Assembly: GCA_011109175.1 (NCBI GenBank)
Contig: RDEW01000085.1
Coordinates: 74,426 to 138,425, forward strand
Length of the DNA: 64,000 nt
Reading direction: 5' to 3'
Source: Dicyema japonicum
Lineage: Eukaryota > Animalia > Dicyemida
The translations under genes were made by a program, and so were the position numbers. Under the pieces are notes generated by a model that did not search any database, was not told where the DNA came from, and was given only the letters and a program-made list of their open reading frames with translations. Of the stretch, positions 12,786 to 27,019 are shown in pieces. How positions within the stretch are numbered: the first letter of the stretch is position 1; every line of letters begins with the position of its first letter.

Positions 12786-13374
12786 ATTTATTTTTGAATA
12801 ATATTTTGATATTTATTGGAGAATATAACATATTATTTTATAGTCACGTGAGGACATGGACAATTTGTTACACATGAATTAACTTTGAGTATGAAAACAC
12901 TCAGAATCCGAGTAATTTGATGACCCACATTATTATTATTAACCCCAGGCTTACAATGGTAAGCCCAGCACAAACAGTCACAAATAATTAATCCAAAGAA
13001 GGAACCAAAGGGAGAATATCTGCTTGTGCTGACCAAATCCATCTTCCAATAATTCATTAGATGCTTCCGAAGAGAAGTAGGTCTGCCCTCTTCCATTTCG
13101 TTCCACGTCCTACCGTCGCAGACATCATTCCATTTCGTTCCACTTCAGTTGAATAGTTTTTCATAATGTTATCTTCATCAGAGGATTTGGTCAGGGAGAA
13201 GGTAAGAAGATCCCTTTCAACTGCTGTGTCGTGCCAGACGGACTCGTCGTCTCACGGGTGGGGCCTGTTTGACAAGAATTGACCTTTGCTGAAAATTCCA
13301 TCTTTCAGATTCGAATCCACGACCTTCAACAATCCGATGTCATAGACTTTCGTTCAGCCAGAAGGCTTATGACC

Positions 13375-13550
13375 CTTATTTATTTAATAACCCCGAAAAG
13401 GGAACACCAAAAAAGAAGGAGCAAACCAACTAATTAAGTTATCCCGGTACACCTCTACAGGATCGAGAGGTTTTTCCTATGTTCCTCCACAGTACCCACC
13501 GCTTTCCTGTATAGACGACGATCATCTTTCACTAGAGTTTGAAGAGGTGA
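13375..13550 (-). repeat. LINE 3' end fragment (same family as 29990-30175)
   Basis: Shared gacgacgatcatctttca..gtttgaagagg block and GGGAT(A/C)ACTTAATT tail. Confidence 0.6.
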
Positions 13551-13675
13551 GCGTTCAACTACAACACATTTGACTTCATTGTCTCAATTTATATCAGAAG
13601 GGTACGGCTTTCCTGTATAGACGACGATCATCTTTCACTAGAGTTTGAAGAGGTGAGCGTTCAACTACAACACAT

Positions 13676-14612
13676 TTGACTTCACTGTCTCAATTTATAT
13701 CAGAATGGTTCAATGAACCGAAACGCCGTCTACGGACAATATTGGTTTCCCTGGACAACCAGAAAGCATTCGATTCTGTCCCGAGAACATTACTCACGAA
13801 AAAGGTTTTTGACACCATCATTCAGCCGGCTTTGAAAAGATGGATAGCCAATTTTCTTTCCGGAGAAAAAGGACATTTATGTATAGGCCACGCAAGATCG
13901 AGGTCCCGTATTCTACCAAATTGCTTCCCTCATGGATCACCCCTCTCTCCGGCGTTATTCAATTTATTCCTAAACGATTTACCCTGCCTTGGAGGACCAG
14001 ATTCAATGCTTCTCGCATATGCTAACGACCTCATTATCGCTAGCAGGAACAAATACGCGGATATGAGCTTCAGTCACATATTGACGACCTGGGAGCCTGG
14101 TTGAATTTTAATCGTCTCTCCATATCCAGGGATAAATCATCGTATACTATCTTCACTACAGACAGAGAAGAAAAATATACACTGGATTTGAGCATATATG
14201 GAGACTCTTTACCTTTACAGATTCATCTAACTATTCTGGGAGTGACTTTCTAACCTTTGATGACATTTTCTCAACATGTGAAGAACGTTATGACAAAGGG
14301 TTTCAGGAAACTGAATATAATGAAACCGCTCTTAAAGTCCAGGCCGTCACGGGAATGCGCTGTCGTCTTGTACTATGACCCACATCATTCTTATAATGTG
14401 ACCAAACAGTTTCCAGTACGTCTTCATGATCAGAGTAGTTAGAGGTGCCTTCCCCAATCGGATTCCTCTGCAGAGATGAGAGAAGGCTATTTCGTACGGT
14501 ATTGGGAACAATGGGAAACCACAGACTTCTGATTACGGGAACTGGGATTACTTAACTGTCTAACGTTTCTTTTTTCTTTCTCGGTGATCCCGGGGTTCTA
14601 AATAAATAAATT
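13676..14612 (+). mobile_element. Jockey/I-group LINE, RT to 3' end, degenerate
   Basis: LDNQKAFDSV, PHGSPLSPALFNLF, LAYAND RT motifs; 3' end shared with 41900-42295. Confidence 0.8.
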
Positions 14613-15020
14613 CAAATTTACTTGTAATGGATTTTGATATTGAGAATTAGGTAACGCTTAGCGCCTGTGACAAAATACCTTAAAAACCACCCAAGATATG
14701 AGAAAACTATATTTTCTTTCTGGGGAGCCATCCAGGATTATCATCCACGTAGTATAGAACCTCCCACATCTCACTCTGGAGTCACTTAGTTAGTTGGGTC
14801 GTGGACTATGTGTTGTCCGACTAAGTGATCGTATCATTATACTAATTTACAACACTCTGATAACTGGGTCAAGTGTGTCTGCTAGGAAGCACGCCATAAT
14901 AACGACCGAAAAAACACGTGCAACTCACCTAGGCACTATCAGACCTTTTTAAGTATGGTGTTGATGATGGTGGGCTAGTAAATGTGAAGGCGTAGATCGA
15001 ATTAAAATATAATAATTTAA

Positions 15021-15790
15021 TTGAAAAGATCAACTTCAAAAGCCTACATATTTGACAACCCACACGTTGACCTTAAGTCGTCGACAATGTTACTAAACTA
15101 CGGTGACAAGTCACTTCGATCGAAAGCGTTGTACACGTATATGCAAGACCGCAATATTTTTGGGGTCAATCAACAGATACATGTCCCTATTGTAAGTCAA
15201 GTAGCATTTTGGGTAATCATTTAGTAATNTGAAAAGATCAACTTCAAAAGCCTACATATTTGACAACCCACACGTTGACCTTAAGTCGTCGACAAAGTTA
15301 CTAAACTACGGTGACAAGTCACTTCGATCGAAAGCGTTGTACACGTATATGCAAGACCGCAATATTTTTTGGGGTCAATCAACAGATACATGTCCCTATT
15401 GTAAATCAAGTAGCATTTTGGGTAATCATTTAGTAATTCGGTGCGGATCTATGCTCTGCCACGACTATTTGTGGAGGCATAAAGAGGTAGTGAAGAGTCT
15501 TCATCTACTATGCAATAAGTATGGTATTCGCCACATCAGAAAGTTGCTGACTCAAAAGGTGAAATATGTAGTAGAGAACACCAGGGTCCATATCAAAGTG
15601 GACAGTAGTCTCCGAACCTCGGTGGTCGTCAAAAACAATAGACAAAGTATTGTAATACACGATAAGGAATCTAGCCAAATCCTTACCATATGACTTTCTT
15701 GTAAACGAGATGGGGAAGATGCTTGGTTAGAAGGTCCTTGTTATTCTATAGTATGACGTGGGAAGGAATTGAACAAAGTACCACAAAAGT
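15021..15790 (+). mobile_element. R4/Dong-like non-LTR C-terminus (CCHC knuckle + restriction-like endonuclease), degenerate
   Basis: QDRN..CPYC....HL..RC....YLWRHKEVVKSLH pattern. Confidence 0.7.
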
Positions 15791-16574
15791 TATCTAAGAC
15801 AGATAGTAGTAGATAGGGAGCTCCAGGTCTACATACATTCCAATGTTTAACGCGATACCCAAGAGACTGGATTATAGGAGATAGCATGTAGGCAGAGCGC
15901 TCAATTGAGCAGTGCGGTCTCCGAGCAGTTTCAGCAAAAGTACCACAAAAGTTATCTAAGACAGATAGTAGTAGATAGGGAGCTCCAGGTCTACATACAT
16001 TCCAATGTTTAACGCGATACCCAAGAGACTGGATTATAGGAGATAGCATGTGGGCAGAGCGCTCAATTGAGCAGTGCGGTCTCCGAGCAGTTTCAGCAAC
16101 CAGAATCGAACCTGTTCAATTTGAATATAAACAACATGCTACAATCTACAGACGAAAACTGTGTTCTATTTTCATATTCGGACGATATAGTCATTGCTGC
16201 AAGGGAAGCCACCCAAAAATTTTTGAATGACTTNTCAATTGAACAGTGCGGTCTCCGAGCAGTTTCAGCAACCAGAATCGAACCTGTTCAATTTGAATAT
16301 AAAAAACATGCCACAATCCACATACGAAAACTGTGTCCTATTTTCATATTCGGACGATATAATCATTGCTGCAAAGGAAGCCACCCAAAAATTTTTGAAT
16401 AATTTTTCAAATAAAGCAATTGACTTATTCCATTAAAACAGTAGATTTAAAAAAAAGAAAATAATTAAAAAAAACATTAAACTTTTTAAATCGAATTACA
16501 TTTTTTACCAAATTAAAAAAATTCGAAAATTTCAATCGAGCATATGTTAAAAGTCACTGTAATTTTTTCGATAT

Positions 16575-16680
16575 AATGGCTGAGACAAAAGATTGGAATG
16601 CCATACTCCGAGAAAACTCGTTTGCAATCCATGCAGCCAGCTTCCTCAACTAACATTTGTTTCTTTGTTAAAAAAATTTA
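16575..16680 (+). mobile_element. 5'-truncated CRE-like element 3' end
   Basis: High nucleotide similarity to 49970-50070 (..RQKIG..GNSFAIHA..FLN-stop, then A-rich tail). Confidence 0.7.
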
Positions 16681-17024
16681 GAAAAAAAATAAAATTAAAT
16701 AAAAAAAATATATATAATTAACACAAAAAAAAGATTTTCGATATTAAAAAAAAGATTAATAATATGTATTGTTTCCTTTGTTTTTATTAACAGAATTTAT
16801 TTTTGAATAAAAATATCATCAATTCGATTTTATTGNAACATTTGTTTCTTTGTTAAAAAAATTTAGAAAAAAAATAAAATTAAATAAAAAAAATATATAT
16901 AATTAACACAAAAAAAAGATTTTCGATATTAACAAAAAAAGATTAATAATATGTATTGTTTCCTTTGTTTTTATTAACAGAATTTATTTTTGAATAAAAA
17001 TATCATCAATTCGATTCTATTGTA

Positions 17025-17470
17025 ACATTGTGGCTTTCCGCATTTCCTCCTTGTTTTTTTAGGATTTTTTTCGATTTTCTGATTTCAACAAGGTCCTCAC
17101 TTGTTCGATTATATTTAAGTCAAATGACTGACTAGGCCAATTTTCTAGACAATTGTAGTCGTTTCGACGTAAATATTCCTTAGTTGATCAAGAATTGTGA
17201 CAACTTGCACCGTCCGGTTGCACCATCGTGCCTTCTTCAAAAATATTTGGTAGCCCTTTATTCAATATTCGTTGATATTCAATCGAATCCATATTTTGCT
17301 TGGCTAACACCGTCCTGTTGCATCAACATGCCTTCTTCAAAAATATTTGGTAGCCCTTTATCCAATATTCGTTGATATTCATTCGAATCCACATTTTGCT
17401 TGGCTAACATTAGTGTTCTTTTGCCAGTTAAAGTGATTGTAAATTTATTGGAAAATTTTTGGTGGTTTTT
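17025..17470 (-). mobile_element. Tc1/mariner transposase fragment
   Basis: QQDG and WPSQSFDLNIIE (cf. WPSQSPDLNPIE) DDE motifs. Confidence 0.7.
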
Positions 17471-17499
17471 AACATTTTCTCGGGACTGTCGGCGCCTAA

Positions 17500-18165
17500 A
17501 TGGAGCTAAGATGCTCAATTCTTTAACCCAATGGTTGGAAGGAATACGCCTGGAGGTGTCACCTAGGACATTTATGACCCTCTTTACATCTTGCAGACAA
17601 TATTATACAAGAAGGCTTAAGACCATGATTAACGATGTGATAATTCCTTTTACGACCACATCAACCACAATGGGAGTGACATTTGACTAAGGACTTATAT
17701 TCGGGCGAATGCGGCACAATGAGTATCCTGAATATAATCTCAAAACCCCTCGGAAAAAACTCTGGGTCCTTTTCCGTCATCTATCCACCATTTAGTACAA
17801 CCATCATTAACCTACTGAAGTGAGTCGTGGTCAATGACCAATTCCCGATCTTCTTTTTTGAAACTGTCCGCAATCCAGGAAGCTACCAAAATAGTAATTG
17901 GCCAAAATTTAATTTGCGTCCCTCTGGAAGCAGTTCTGATTAAACGACAACAGAAGATGATGAGGGCAGCTACTCTCCCTAACAGCTCCCTCTATGAAAC
18001 CATGAACAAATACAATAAAAACATACAAGATAACCACGTGTCTTTTCTGGGGAGCCATCCAAGATTCTCATCCGTGTAGGATGGGACTTCCCCATGTCGG
18101 TCTGGGGTCACTTAGTTGAAAATTTTCTTGTCACTATTAACTCAGTGATTCTCGGGTAACAATTG
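17500..18165 (+). mobile_element. Jockey/I-group LINE 3' fragment
   Basis: Thumb motif MGVTFD; ends in ggggtcacttagttg..gtgattctcggg tail. Confidence 0.6.
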
Positions 18166-18707
18166 CTAAGCCTTCAAAGTAAAATCAGTTGTAGTGTGTA
18201 AACGGTCGTGATTAGAATTCCTTCGATAAGATAAGCGACTAGTATTCTCGATATAATAATACTGCACTTTCGAAAAGGAATATTAGCTATAGATCCTCCT
18301 AGGCAAGACACTCACTTTATTAAGCAAAGAACAGTCATCATAACTAATCGATGTGGGAAAACCAAAAAATGCTCTTACTTCTTTGTTCTTTTTGTTGGGT
18401 AAAGTTCTTTTTTAGACGATCCGGTCCCACAGTGAGATGTTCACTGATGATGGGGTCACTCGTATCCTCGATATAGTGGGAGGAAATGGCTCTAGCATTA
18501 TTTGATTAAATTGTGGTGACTAATATTAGGATATTAAATTGTGGTAAAACTTTGAAAATTGTTTGAACGTTGAATCCATTGTCAAAGCGATTACATCAAT
18601 GTGATTATCAGAGATATCGAGGGAAAAAATGCGGCCAACAACATATTAGGATTAGAATGCATTACTTGATTCACTACTTGTGAATAATAATCGGCATTCT
18701 CTAAAAA

Positions 18708-21062
18708 ATGTTTATTTTACTTTTATTGGCGTTATCATTGTTTTTTATGCCCGCAGAAATCCATTGTGATAAGACTACATAAACGTTAGTGATGACGGTG
18801 GGAACTTATTGCCAGGAATGTATGCAGTGATTTTGTTGATTGACCTATCGATTTCCTATGGTACCCCATGTTATGATTTTTGATTGCATGAAATATGTCA
18901 ATTGGTTTAAATATATGAAACATTTGGGAAATAAACATAGACCTATCTATAACTGCGGAGATGTGAAATCCATTGACGATGATTATAAGGGTGCCACGTG
19001 GGTTGGAAAATTTATGATTGGAAATGCCAGCATATGGTATGACCATCTCCATAATGACGAATTTCTCTACAACCAGTCCTTATACTCTGATTACGGGACC
19101 AGGTAGGGGTTTTCGATAAAAGTGCAGAAATAAGCCGATAACAAAATGCTGCAAGTACTTTGTTGTTGATGACACAATCCGTTGTACAGAAAACTGTTCA
19201 TCCCCCGCCGACGGATACTTGATTTCAAAGTCGCAGAAAAAACATGATACTTCAAATTGTGACAAAGTGGCTTCTTTTTGCAAAAACGTAAAATATATCG
19301 ACGTGGGGACGACATTAAAGTGCAATAGGAAGAAAATAGATGAGAATTATCACGTGCGATGTGATTACGACTACTCCCGGAGAAAACAGATGATATTTTT
19401 CAAAGGAAATGCCACAAGCGTAAAGATTTGACTAAATCCAGAAGATCGATCAAATTTCAACATTTTTAGACTCGCTTGACTCGGTGACGTCGGAAATGAA
19501 TTTGTCGAAGAGTTTGGTTAGTGTTTGTCTGAGAATTAGAACATTTTGAGTAAACTCGATAATGTCGTCGAGTATTCCACTGAAAACTTGACTTTTACAG
19601 AAATCACGGATATCAACATAAAGTTTTAATTTTTAAAATCCAGATTTATTAAAAATGTTCCAAAAATACTGAATTTGGCGTCCAACATTAGTGAGGTTGT
19701 TAAATACAGTTTTTCAAACTTTGACGTCCACTTGGAATATGTGGAGTCGAATTTGCACGATTTCTCCAATAACCAGACTAGGATAACCTTTTCCGGTGGT
19801 GATGTCGCAAGACTTTTACGTTTATTTTCCGTTATTTCAGAAAACGGAGATTTCAAGCTATCAGTCGTGTTCTGGCGAAACGAAAAACTGTTCTCCCAAT
19901 TTGACAATTTTACCATTCTCACTCCCATTTTGGGGGTCTCAATCAATAATACACGGATAACCGATTTCAGATCAACCATTGTATTCCCTCAGAGTAAGCA
20001 TGTGTTTGATATTTTAGATTACTCTTCTGAGGCCACGTGTGTGTATTTAAACCTGACAACGCGACTCTGGGAGACCAACGGATGCAAAACTCTGCGGGCT
20101 GGAGATCACGTGGCCTGTGAATGTTCCCATTTGACAAACTTTGCCGTCATCTTTGTTGGCTTTTGTCTCTTACTGACTAGGATCCGAGTTTAGTCAACGA
20201 GACACCTCGGTGGATTACTGCCTTCACCAACGTCGGTCTCGGGATCTCCCTTTTATTGGAATTCTTGACAATCATCTTTTCCATCTCACATTGGTCGTAA
20301 GAAACTTGAAATTCTGAGTATTTTAGAAAAGGGAAAAAGTCTCATTCCTTCAAAACCTTCCTGAATTTGTGTGCGGCAGTATTCTCCATGAATATGATCT
20401 TTGCTTTCGGGTTGGGATATGGAATAGGAAATATTTGCGGTCTCGTAGGATTCCTCCTTCACTTTACCTTCCTGGCTGTCATCGCCTGGATGTTAGTGGA
20501 AGGGGTTCTCTTTTACTACTTATTTATTAACGTCCTAACTAGAATTCCAGAAAATTTCTCAAAAATCTCATTTTGGACAGCTTGGAGTACATTTTAGTAC
20601 ATTTTAGTTCTACCGCTTATTCCACCTTGCATTATTTCCGCCATCAACTGGAAACTCTATTTGCAGAAAAATATGTTTTTTTAATAATTTACCTTAAGAT
20701 GCTGGCTCAGCGGAGTCTCCCTGTACGTCAGATTCTATCTCCCAGTCGGAGTCTGCTTATTTACTAATCTTATCATCTTTGTTATGATCCTGAAGTCTTT
20801 GTATAATGGCTACAAGAAAAATCCGAATTATTTCCGTAGGGAATCAACTAAGGTTAAAAAATACTTTATGATTGTCGGTCTCATCTTTCTGTTTGGTATT
20901 CGTTCCGTTTCACCAATAGGATTCACGTGGTCCTTTGGATTTCTGTTCAAATTTAGCCATTCCATCTTTATTCAGTTTCTCTTTGCTCTTTTCAACGCCT
21001 TCTTTGGATTATACATATTTCTCGTGCGGTACGGATTCTTGGTGATTTCACGATACTTTTAA
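18708..21062 (+). CDS. Adhesion G-protein-coupled receptor (signal peptide, Cys-rich ectodomain, GPS, secretin-type 7TM), multi-exon
   Basis: GPS CVYLNLTTRLWETNGC..ACECSHL/TNFAVIF; 7TM motifs LLHFTFLAVIAWMLVEG, CWL, LFGFTWSFG, LFALFNAFFGLYIF; short introns; 5' exon structure approximate. Confidence 0.88.
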
Positions 21063-21419
21063 ATTATTGATATTAGATATTTATATTTAATTACTTTTTT
21101 GATTTTATTTAGGCCTTCTGTATAGGGTTATAGTTACGAAATTTTCCGGGGACTTAAAGACAAGGCAGAAGCGTGTCGTCAGAGATTGTCTCTCGATAGA
21201 AAAATGGTTCTCTTTCCAGGTGTACTAAGCGCCCTCAGGAGGCTACGATAAATTACAGAGCTAGCTGGCCACGACATCAAAGCAGTAAAACTACAAGTAA
21301 TGCCTTCTAAATAATGTTAAAATAGTAGTACCACATACTCTATAGGTTTTTTCCGCTGTTAGATTGACTGTCAGTAATTGTGGAATATACAATCTGAAAA
21401 TTCGGCTTGAAGAATTTAA

Positions 21420-21733
21420 TCTATTAACCCCCTGATATACAGAAAAGAAGTGTAAGTAAACAACTAGTTAAGTGTATCCAGTTTTCACTTCTACAAAAAG
21501 AGTCCATTGGGAATCAGGATAAAAGGCAAAAGACGTCCATTACTTGCAGTTGTGGAAACCCCTCTAGTGGAAGAGAGAAAATGCTCCTTTTTTTGCCATC
21601 ATGGCACTGGACGCCACCTAGACAGGTAGATCACATGACGCCACTCTAATAAAAACGGAAAGAGGAGGAAGAGACAAAACAAAAAGAGAACTTCAACCAA
21701 TTAGCCAAGTAGCATCACATGGCTTCACGTGGA
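21420..21733 (-). repeat. SINE-like non-autonomous retroelement, diverged copy
   Basis: Colinear similarity to copies at 29575, 36662, 46860. Confidence 0.8.
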
Positions 21734-22049
21734 TACAATGGGGCATATTAGAGAATGATTAATTGTCCAAGTATTTTTTTAAATATCGCCACTTTATTTA
21801 ACCAACAATAAAAAAGTTAATATTTAATAATCAGCAACTTTCCTTGCCTGCCTGTTCCCCAGCCTTTTCAGGTAGGTTCGATTCTGGTTTCTGAAACAAC
21901 TCCGAGAGCGCCTTGTCCAATTGAACCCTCTACCCATATGGCATCTTCGGGCTTTGCCTCCTATACTCCAGTGTCAGGCTCTCTATGGTTTGCTTTACTA
22001 CAGTGGACAGTAGAGGTCACGGATAAAAGGAAAATGTCCAACGATGATT

Positions 22050-23300
22050 AACTACAGTCTTGCGAACTCGAGAGGATTCAAGGATTACTTCGATAGTTGC
22101 ATTGGACTATTAAATTTCCCCACTTCTCCTTCCATCGAACAATTAGTGAAATAGTTTAACTCCACCATAAACGATGCGAAAATAATTCAAATGAGCAGGC
22201 AACCTACGTCATCAAAACGTTCCAACACAACGACGAAACGTTTGATCAGTAAACGAAATAATCTACGAGACTATCAAAGGCTCTCTACAAGAACCCCCTA
22301 ATGCAGAGTGTGTGGAATTGGATCAAGAACGTCAAAAGATTTTCCGCTAGAGAGAAAATGTGAAGTCTACATCAAACCAGACACTCTGATAAAATATTAT
22401 ACGTCTATCTCCTACAAAAAGTTTTCAAAAGAACACCAAGTATTCATGAAAAAGATTGAACCGAAACGCACCGATGACTTTTCCATCTTTACTAGCGAAG
22501 ATGTCCGCAGAGCCATACCCAAAGCCAACAACTCAGAGGCCGAAGGACCAGACAACATAACCACATGTGAACTGAAGCACCTAGGCTATCGAGCCTAAGA
22601 ACTATTATCCTATATCTTCAATCTATCCATTAACACGAATACAATCACTGAAATATGGAAAAAGTCTATAATCAAACCTATTCGAAAATCTATCAAACCA
22701 ATAAATAAATGAACCATCTTCCTATCGCTCAATAATGGAAGACGAGCAGAAGTACTCTGAAACAACATTCTTATTAACAAAACACCGAGTGTTCTGGGAG
22801 TCACATTTGATCAGGGACTCTCCTTTATCCTATATGTTGAGAACAAAGTAACTTCCGCTCTGAAGAAAATGAAAATTTTAAAAGTGTTCTCAAAAGCACT
22901 TAGAGACCAAACTGGGACCCTTGCCACGGTTTATGAACAATTTATCCGACGTATGCAAGTCCTTCGTGGGCAATGCAGATTTCACGATCCTCCTCACTGA
23001 AACTATCCGCAATCGAGAAGACCAGGACATAAAATCCAGCCCATTGAAAACTTATTAATCGAATTACAGCAGAAACTCTTAAAGGCGGCTAGTTTACTGA
23101 GGTGTTCTCTGTCCAGACACTATCGAAATAATCATACAGAAAATATGAGCCGATGCTATGCCAGATGAGAAGAACTGTAAATGATTCTCGACCCCGCTGG
23201 ACTCGTCCTCTCCTTTGTCGGTCTCGGATTACTTAGTTAGTTGAAAACGTTCATTTCTTTCTCTTAGACCCAGTGATCATGGTAGTAATAATAATAATTT
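22050..23300 (+). mobile_element. Decayed Jockey/I-group LINE, internally deleted
   Basis: AEGPDNIT..LKHLG, IWKKSIIKPIRK, VLGVTFD; shared 3' tail at 23225-23300. Confidence 0.7.
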
Positions 23301-24049
23301 TGAGGTTAAAATGATTTGACCTTGATGACTTACAATATCGTGTAGGATAGTCGTGTTCTCCACGTAATCGACGAGGGAGAGAAGACAGACTCACAGTTTG
23401 GCTTCGACCTGCTTGAGTAATGATCGTCATTGGTAGATTTCAGAGCCTATAAACTTAAATGGCACGATAGAGCTTTCACCCTGATTCGTATCTTTACATC
23501 CAATAAAATGATTTGGGAGTTTAGGTCGTCAGTCAGGATAAAGGTTGGATGGGGTTTGTGAGTGGTCATGACTCAATTAATGCATCTTTCATATCTGTCC
23601 GGTTGTATTAAATTCCATCCCCATCATAGACCTGGATGCCACGTTGAAACAAGACTACCACCGTAGCACCCTCCTGACTGGACCACAGTAGATGCGTTTT
23701 CTCTCTTTATTATTATTATGACTGCGGCCTATTAGATCATAGAGACTGTCACAACGTAAACATCTCTTCGAATCTTGAAAGATCTCTATTATAAATTACC
23801 TTTAAGAAAACATCTAAAGGACAGATTTCCCACTTCTCTAGTCTTAAGCTAGTTCGTAAACACAATCTCTACTATTAAGAGTACAAAATCCTATAGAAGG
23901 ATACATTTATAAAGTAATATTAAACTATTCGTTCATCTGTAAACATGAACAATCAATGTACGCCGACATTAACATCCTCAGTTACGAGGACAACACAGAC
24001 GGCAAGAAAAGTTTAAATCAAATCCCAACAACAAGAACAAATAACATTG

Positions 24050-25034
24050 NNNNNNNNNNNNNNNNNNNNNNNNNNNNNNNNNNNNNNNNNNNNNNNNNNN
24101 NNNNNNNNNNNNNNNNNNNNNNNNNNNNNNNNNNNNNNNNNNNNNNNNNNNNNNNNNNNNNNNNNNNNNNNNNNNNNNNNNNNNNNNNNNNNNNNNNNNN
24201 NNNNNNNNNNNNNNNNNNNNNNNNNNNNNNNNNNNNNNNNNNNNNNNNNNNNNNNNNNNNNNNNNNNNNNNNNNNNNNNNNNNNNNNNNNNNNNNNNNNN
24301 NNNNNNNNNNNNNNNNNNNNNNNNNNNNNNNNNNNNNNNNNNNNNNNNNNNNNNNNNNNNNNNNNNNNNNNNNNNNNNNNNNNNNNNNNNNNNNNNNNNN
24401 NNNNNNNNNNNNNNNNNNNNNNNNNNNNNNNNNNNNNNNNNNNNNNNNNNNNNNNNNNNNNNNNNNNNNNNNNNNNNNNNNNNNNNNNNNNNNNNNNNNN
24501 NNNNNNNNNNNNNNNNNNNNNNNNNNNNNNNNNNNNNNNNNNNNNNNNNNNNNNNNNNNNNNNNNNNNNNNNNNNNNNNNNNNNNNNNNNNNNNNNNNNN
24601 NNNNNNNNNNNNNNNNNNNNNNNNNNNNNNNNNNNNNNNNNNNNNNNNNNNNNNNNNNNNNNNNNNNNNNNNNNNNNNNNNNNNNNNNNNNNNNNNNNNN
24701 NNNNNNNNNNNNNNNNNNNNNNNNNNNNNNNNNNNNNNNNNNNNNNNNNNNNNNNNNNNNNNNNNNNNNNNNNNNNNNNNNNNNNNNNNNNNNNNNNNNN
24801 NNNNNNNNNNNNNNNNNNNNNNNNNNNNNNNNNNNNNNNNNNNNNNNNNNNNNNNNNNNNNNNNNNNNNNNNNNNNNNNNNNNNNNNNNNNNNNNNNNNN
24901 NNNNNNNNNNNNNNNNNNNNNNNNNNNNNNNNNNNNNNNNNNNNNNNNNNNNNNNNNNNNNNNNNNNNNNNNNNNNNNNNNNNNNNNNNNNNNNNNNNNN
25001 NNNNNNNNNNNNNNNNNNNNNNNNNNNNNNNNNN
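24050..25034. other. Assembly gap (largest of several N runs; others near 208, 599, 7629, 45041, 52170)
   Basis: Runs of n. Confidence 0.99.
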
Positions 25035-25929
25035 TGAGTAAAAGAATTAAAGAAAATCAAGGGTATTAAGAGAACAGTCAAAAGTAAAATTAACGAAATC
25101 AACGTTGACCATCAGAGTCAGTCCCCTAAATTATAATTGAAAAATTACCCACGAGGGATAAATACTCTTCCTAAATTATAAAATAATGAATACTAACATA
25201 AAATCATCTGTCAAAACCTGATTGCAGACTTCCCCACGTTTATGCCATTCCCCCAGAGGACAACAATACATTTCGTCGAGATTGCAGTTTTGATTAGCGT
25301 CAGATTTAATTGGAGGTTGAACCTAACTATGAAACCACAAAACAACCATTTCTAAAAATATTGATAATCACGATCGTAGTTGTATTATATATTATATTTA
25401 ACGGGGAATAAAAATTGAATAGTCTCGGATAATTACTCTGTCTGGTTAAATTGTAGAAAGATGAGGCGAGGAATTTCCTCTATCTGTACTTAGCTTAATG
25501 ATTGACGGAAGCCTTTTTCTTCTTTATTCTTGTGAGGAAGGACGAGAGGAAGTACTAAAAAAACTTTGGAAATCCTAAGCTTAGAACAAATGAAGTGTCG
25601 GATACACGTGGGATTCGTTTTCAAATCTCGCTCTATCAGAGGATCATGTATTAGAAGCTGCACGTGTAAAATGCTAGTTGATGTGATTCAGTAAAATCGC
25701 TGACTCCCAAATTTATTCCTTCTCGCTTCATCTGAAAGAAACGTGTAGATAAATGGAACGTAACTGCTAAATGAGAATTTCTTCGGACATAGGTGTGATG
25801 ACATATAAAGATGTAGCCCTAATTGCAAATAATAAAGGGGACATTTGAAAATAACTCAGTGAATGAGGATAACTAAATTTATGTTATGTTATCCAAATTA
25901 AGTCGTGTTCGACCATTGGAGATCTAATG

Positions 25930-26560
25930 AGTCAATTTTCTCCACTATTTCCTATCCGTCGCAATTTGTAGTAGCCTTGATATATGCATTCCCGTGATGT
26001 CTTCTACCGTGGATAGCCACCGAGTCTTCGGTCGATTAGGTCTTCTATTTCCAGTAATATTGCTCAGCATAATGGTTCATTCCAGGGAATCAGAGCGGAC
26101 AACATGACAAAAGACACCAATCTGTGTTTTACGATTCTTCCTTTTAGCGAATGTCCGTCTCCACCCGTTTGAGTATATCCGTGTTTGTTATTTTGGAAGT
26201 CCAAGGGATTCTTAGTAAACTCCTCCAGCACCAAAGTTCAAAAGCATCAATTTTTCGTCTATCCGCCATTTTCAGTATCCGTGAGTCTCCGCCGTATATA
26301 ATAACTAAATTTATCTTTCGTTTATTAATTATCTCATTGGTTTCTCACATAAAACTTGAAAATATCATTTTAATTACATTTTCCATGTTTATAGTTAGTT
26401 AAGTCTTCATACCTGCAACACAGCGGTCAGTTTCTTATGTTGACCCAAGGATTTTATCCGGAGAACCAAGGATGAATCCTAGTTGCATTACCAGGAGCAA
26501 AAGTACCTCTTGGAGGAAACCTTCGAGTGACTATTTTTGGAGGTACATCAAGTGCTTAGA
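25930..26560 (-). mobile_element. RTE/BovB-like LINE C-terminal fragment
   Basis: KIDAFELWCWRSLLRIPWTSKITNTDILK on the minus strand (cf. BovB IDAFELWCWRRLLRVPWT). Confidence 0.75.
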
Positions 26561-27019
26561 GGCTTTATTTTTTTATTTTATAAACTCCGAAATCACGATA
26601 AAGAAAATAAAAGTTATCGTCCAATTAAGTGATCCCGGTGTTCATACCAGTCCTTTTCCTGCGGTTAGTTTTGGAGTCCTGGATAAATCTCCACAGCGGG
26701 AAAGGTTTCTTCTCATATCTCGTGAAGGCATTCATATATAGTCTGATATGCGGTCCGATTTTCTACTCCAATTTTCTTTTGGATCCTCGTGGTTACTAGG
26801 TCCACTTGATGGGTAAATGTGAGTAAGGGATCCAGGATAATTCCAAGGATTAAAAGGGTCTTCTTAATGGGAAGCGGGGATTCACACAATGTTATTCGTG
26901 GTGTTTCCCTGTAATTCTTTTCGTGTTGAGGTAAGCGTCATTGCAAGTAGAGGCTTTATGGAACAATAATTGGGCTAAACAGAATCAACAAAGTAAAAAA
27001 TTCAAACTTTACAATAATT

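Noticed and set aside
21400-21420. GGCT(T)GAA near the 3' junction of three SINE copies (possible target preference)
   Set aside because: Short motif, variable spacing, only three of five copies
23956-25102. Long ORFs in the track spanning N runs (also 7562-8359, 52161-52853)
   Set aside because: Artefacts of translating gaps as X
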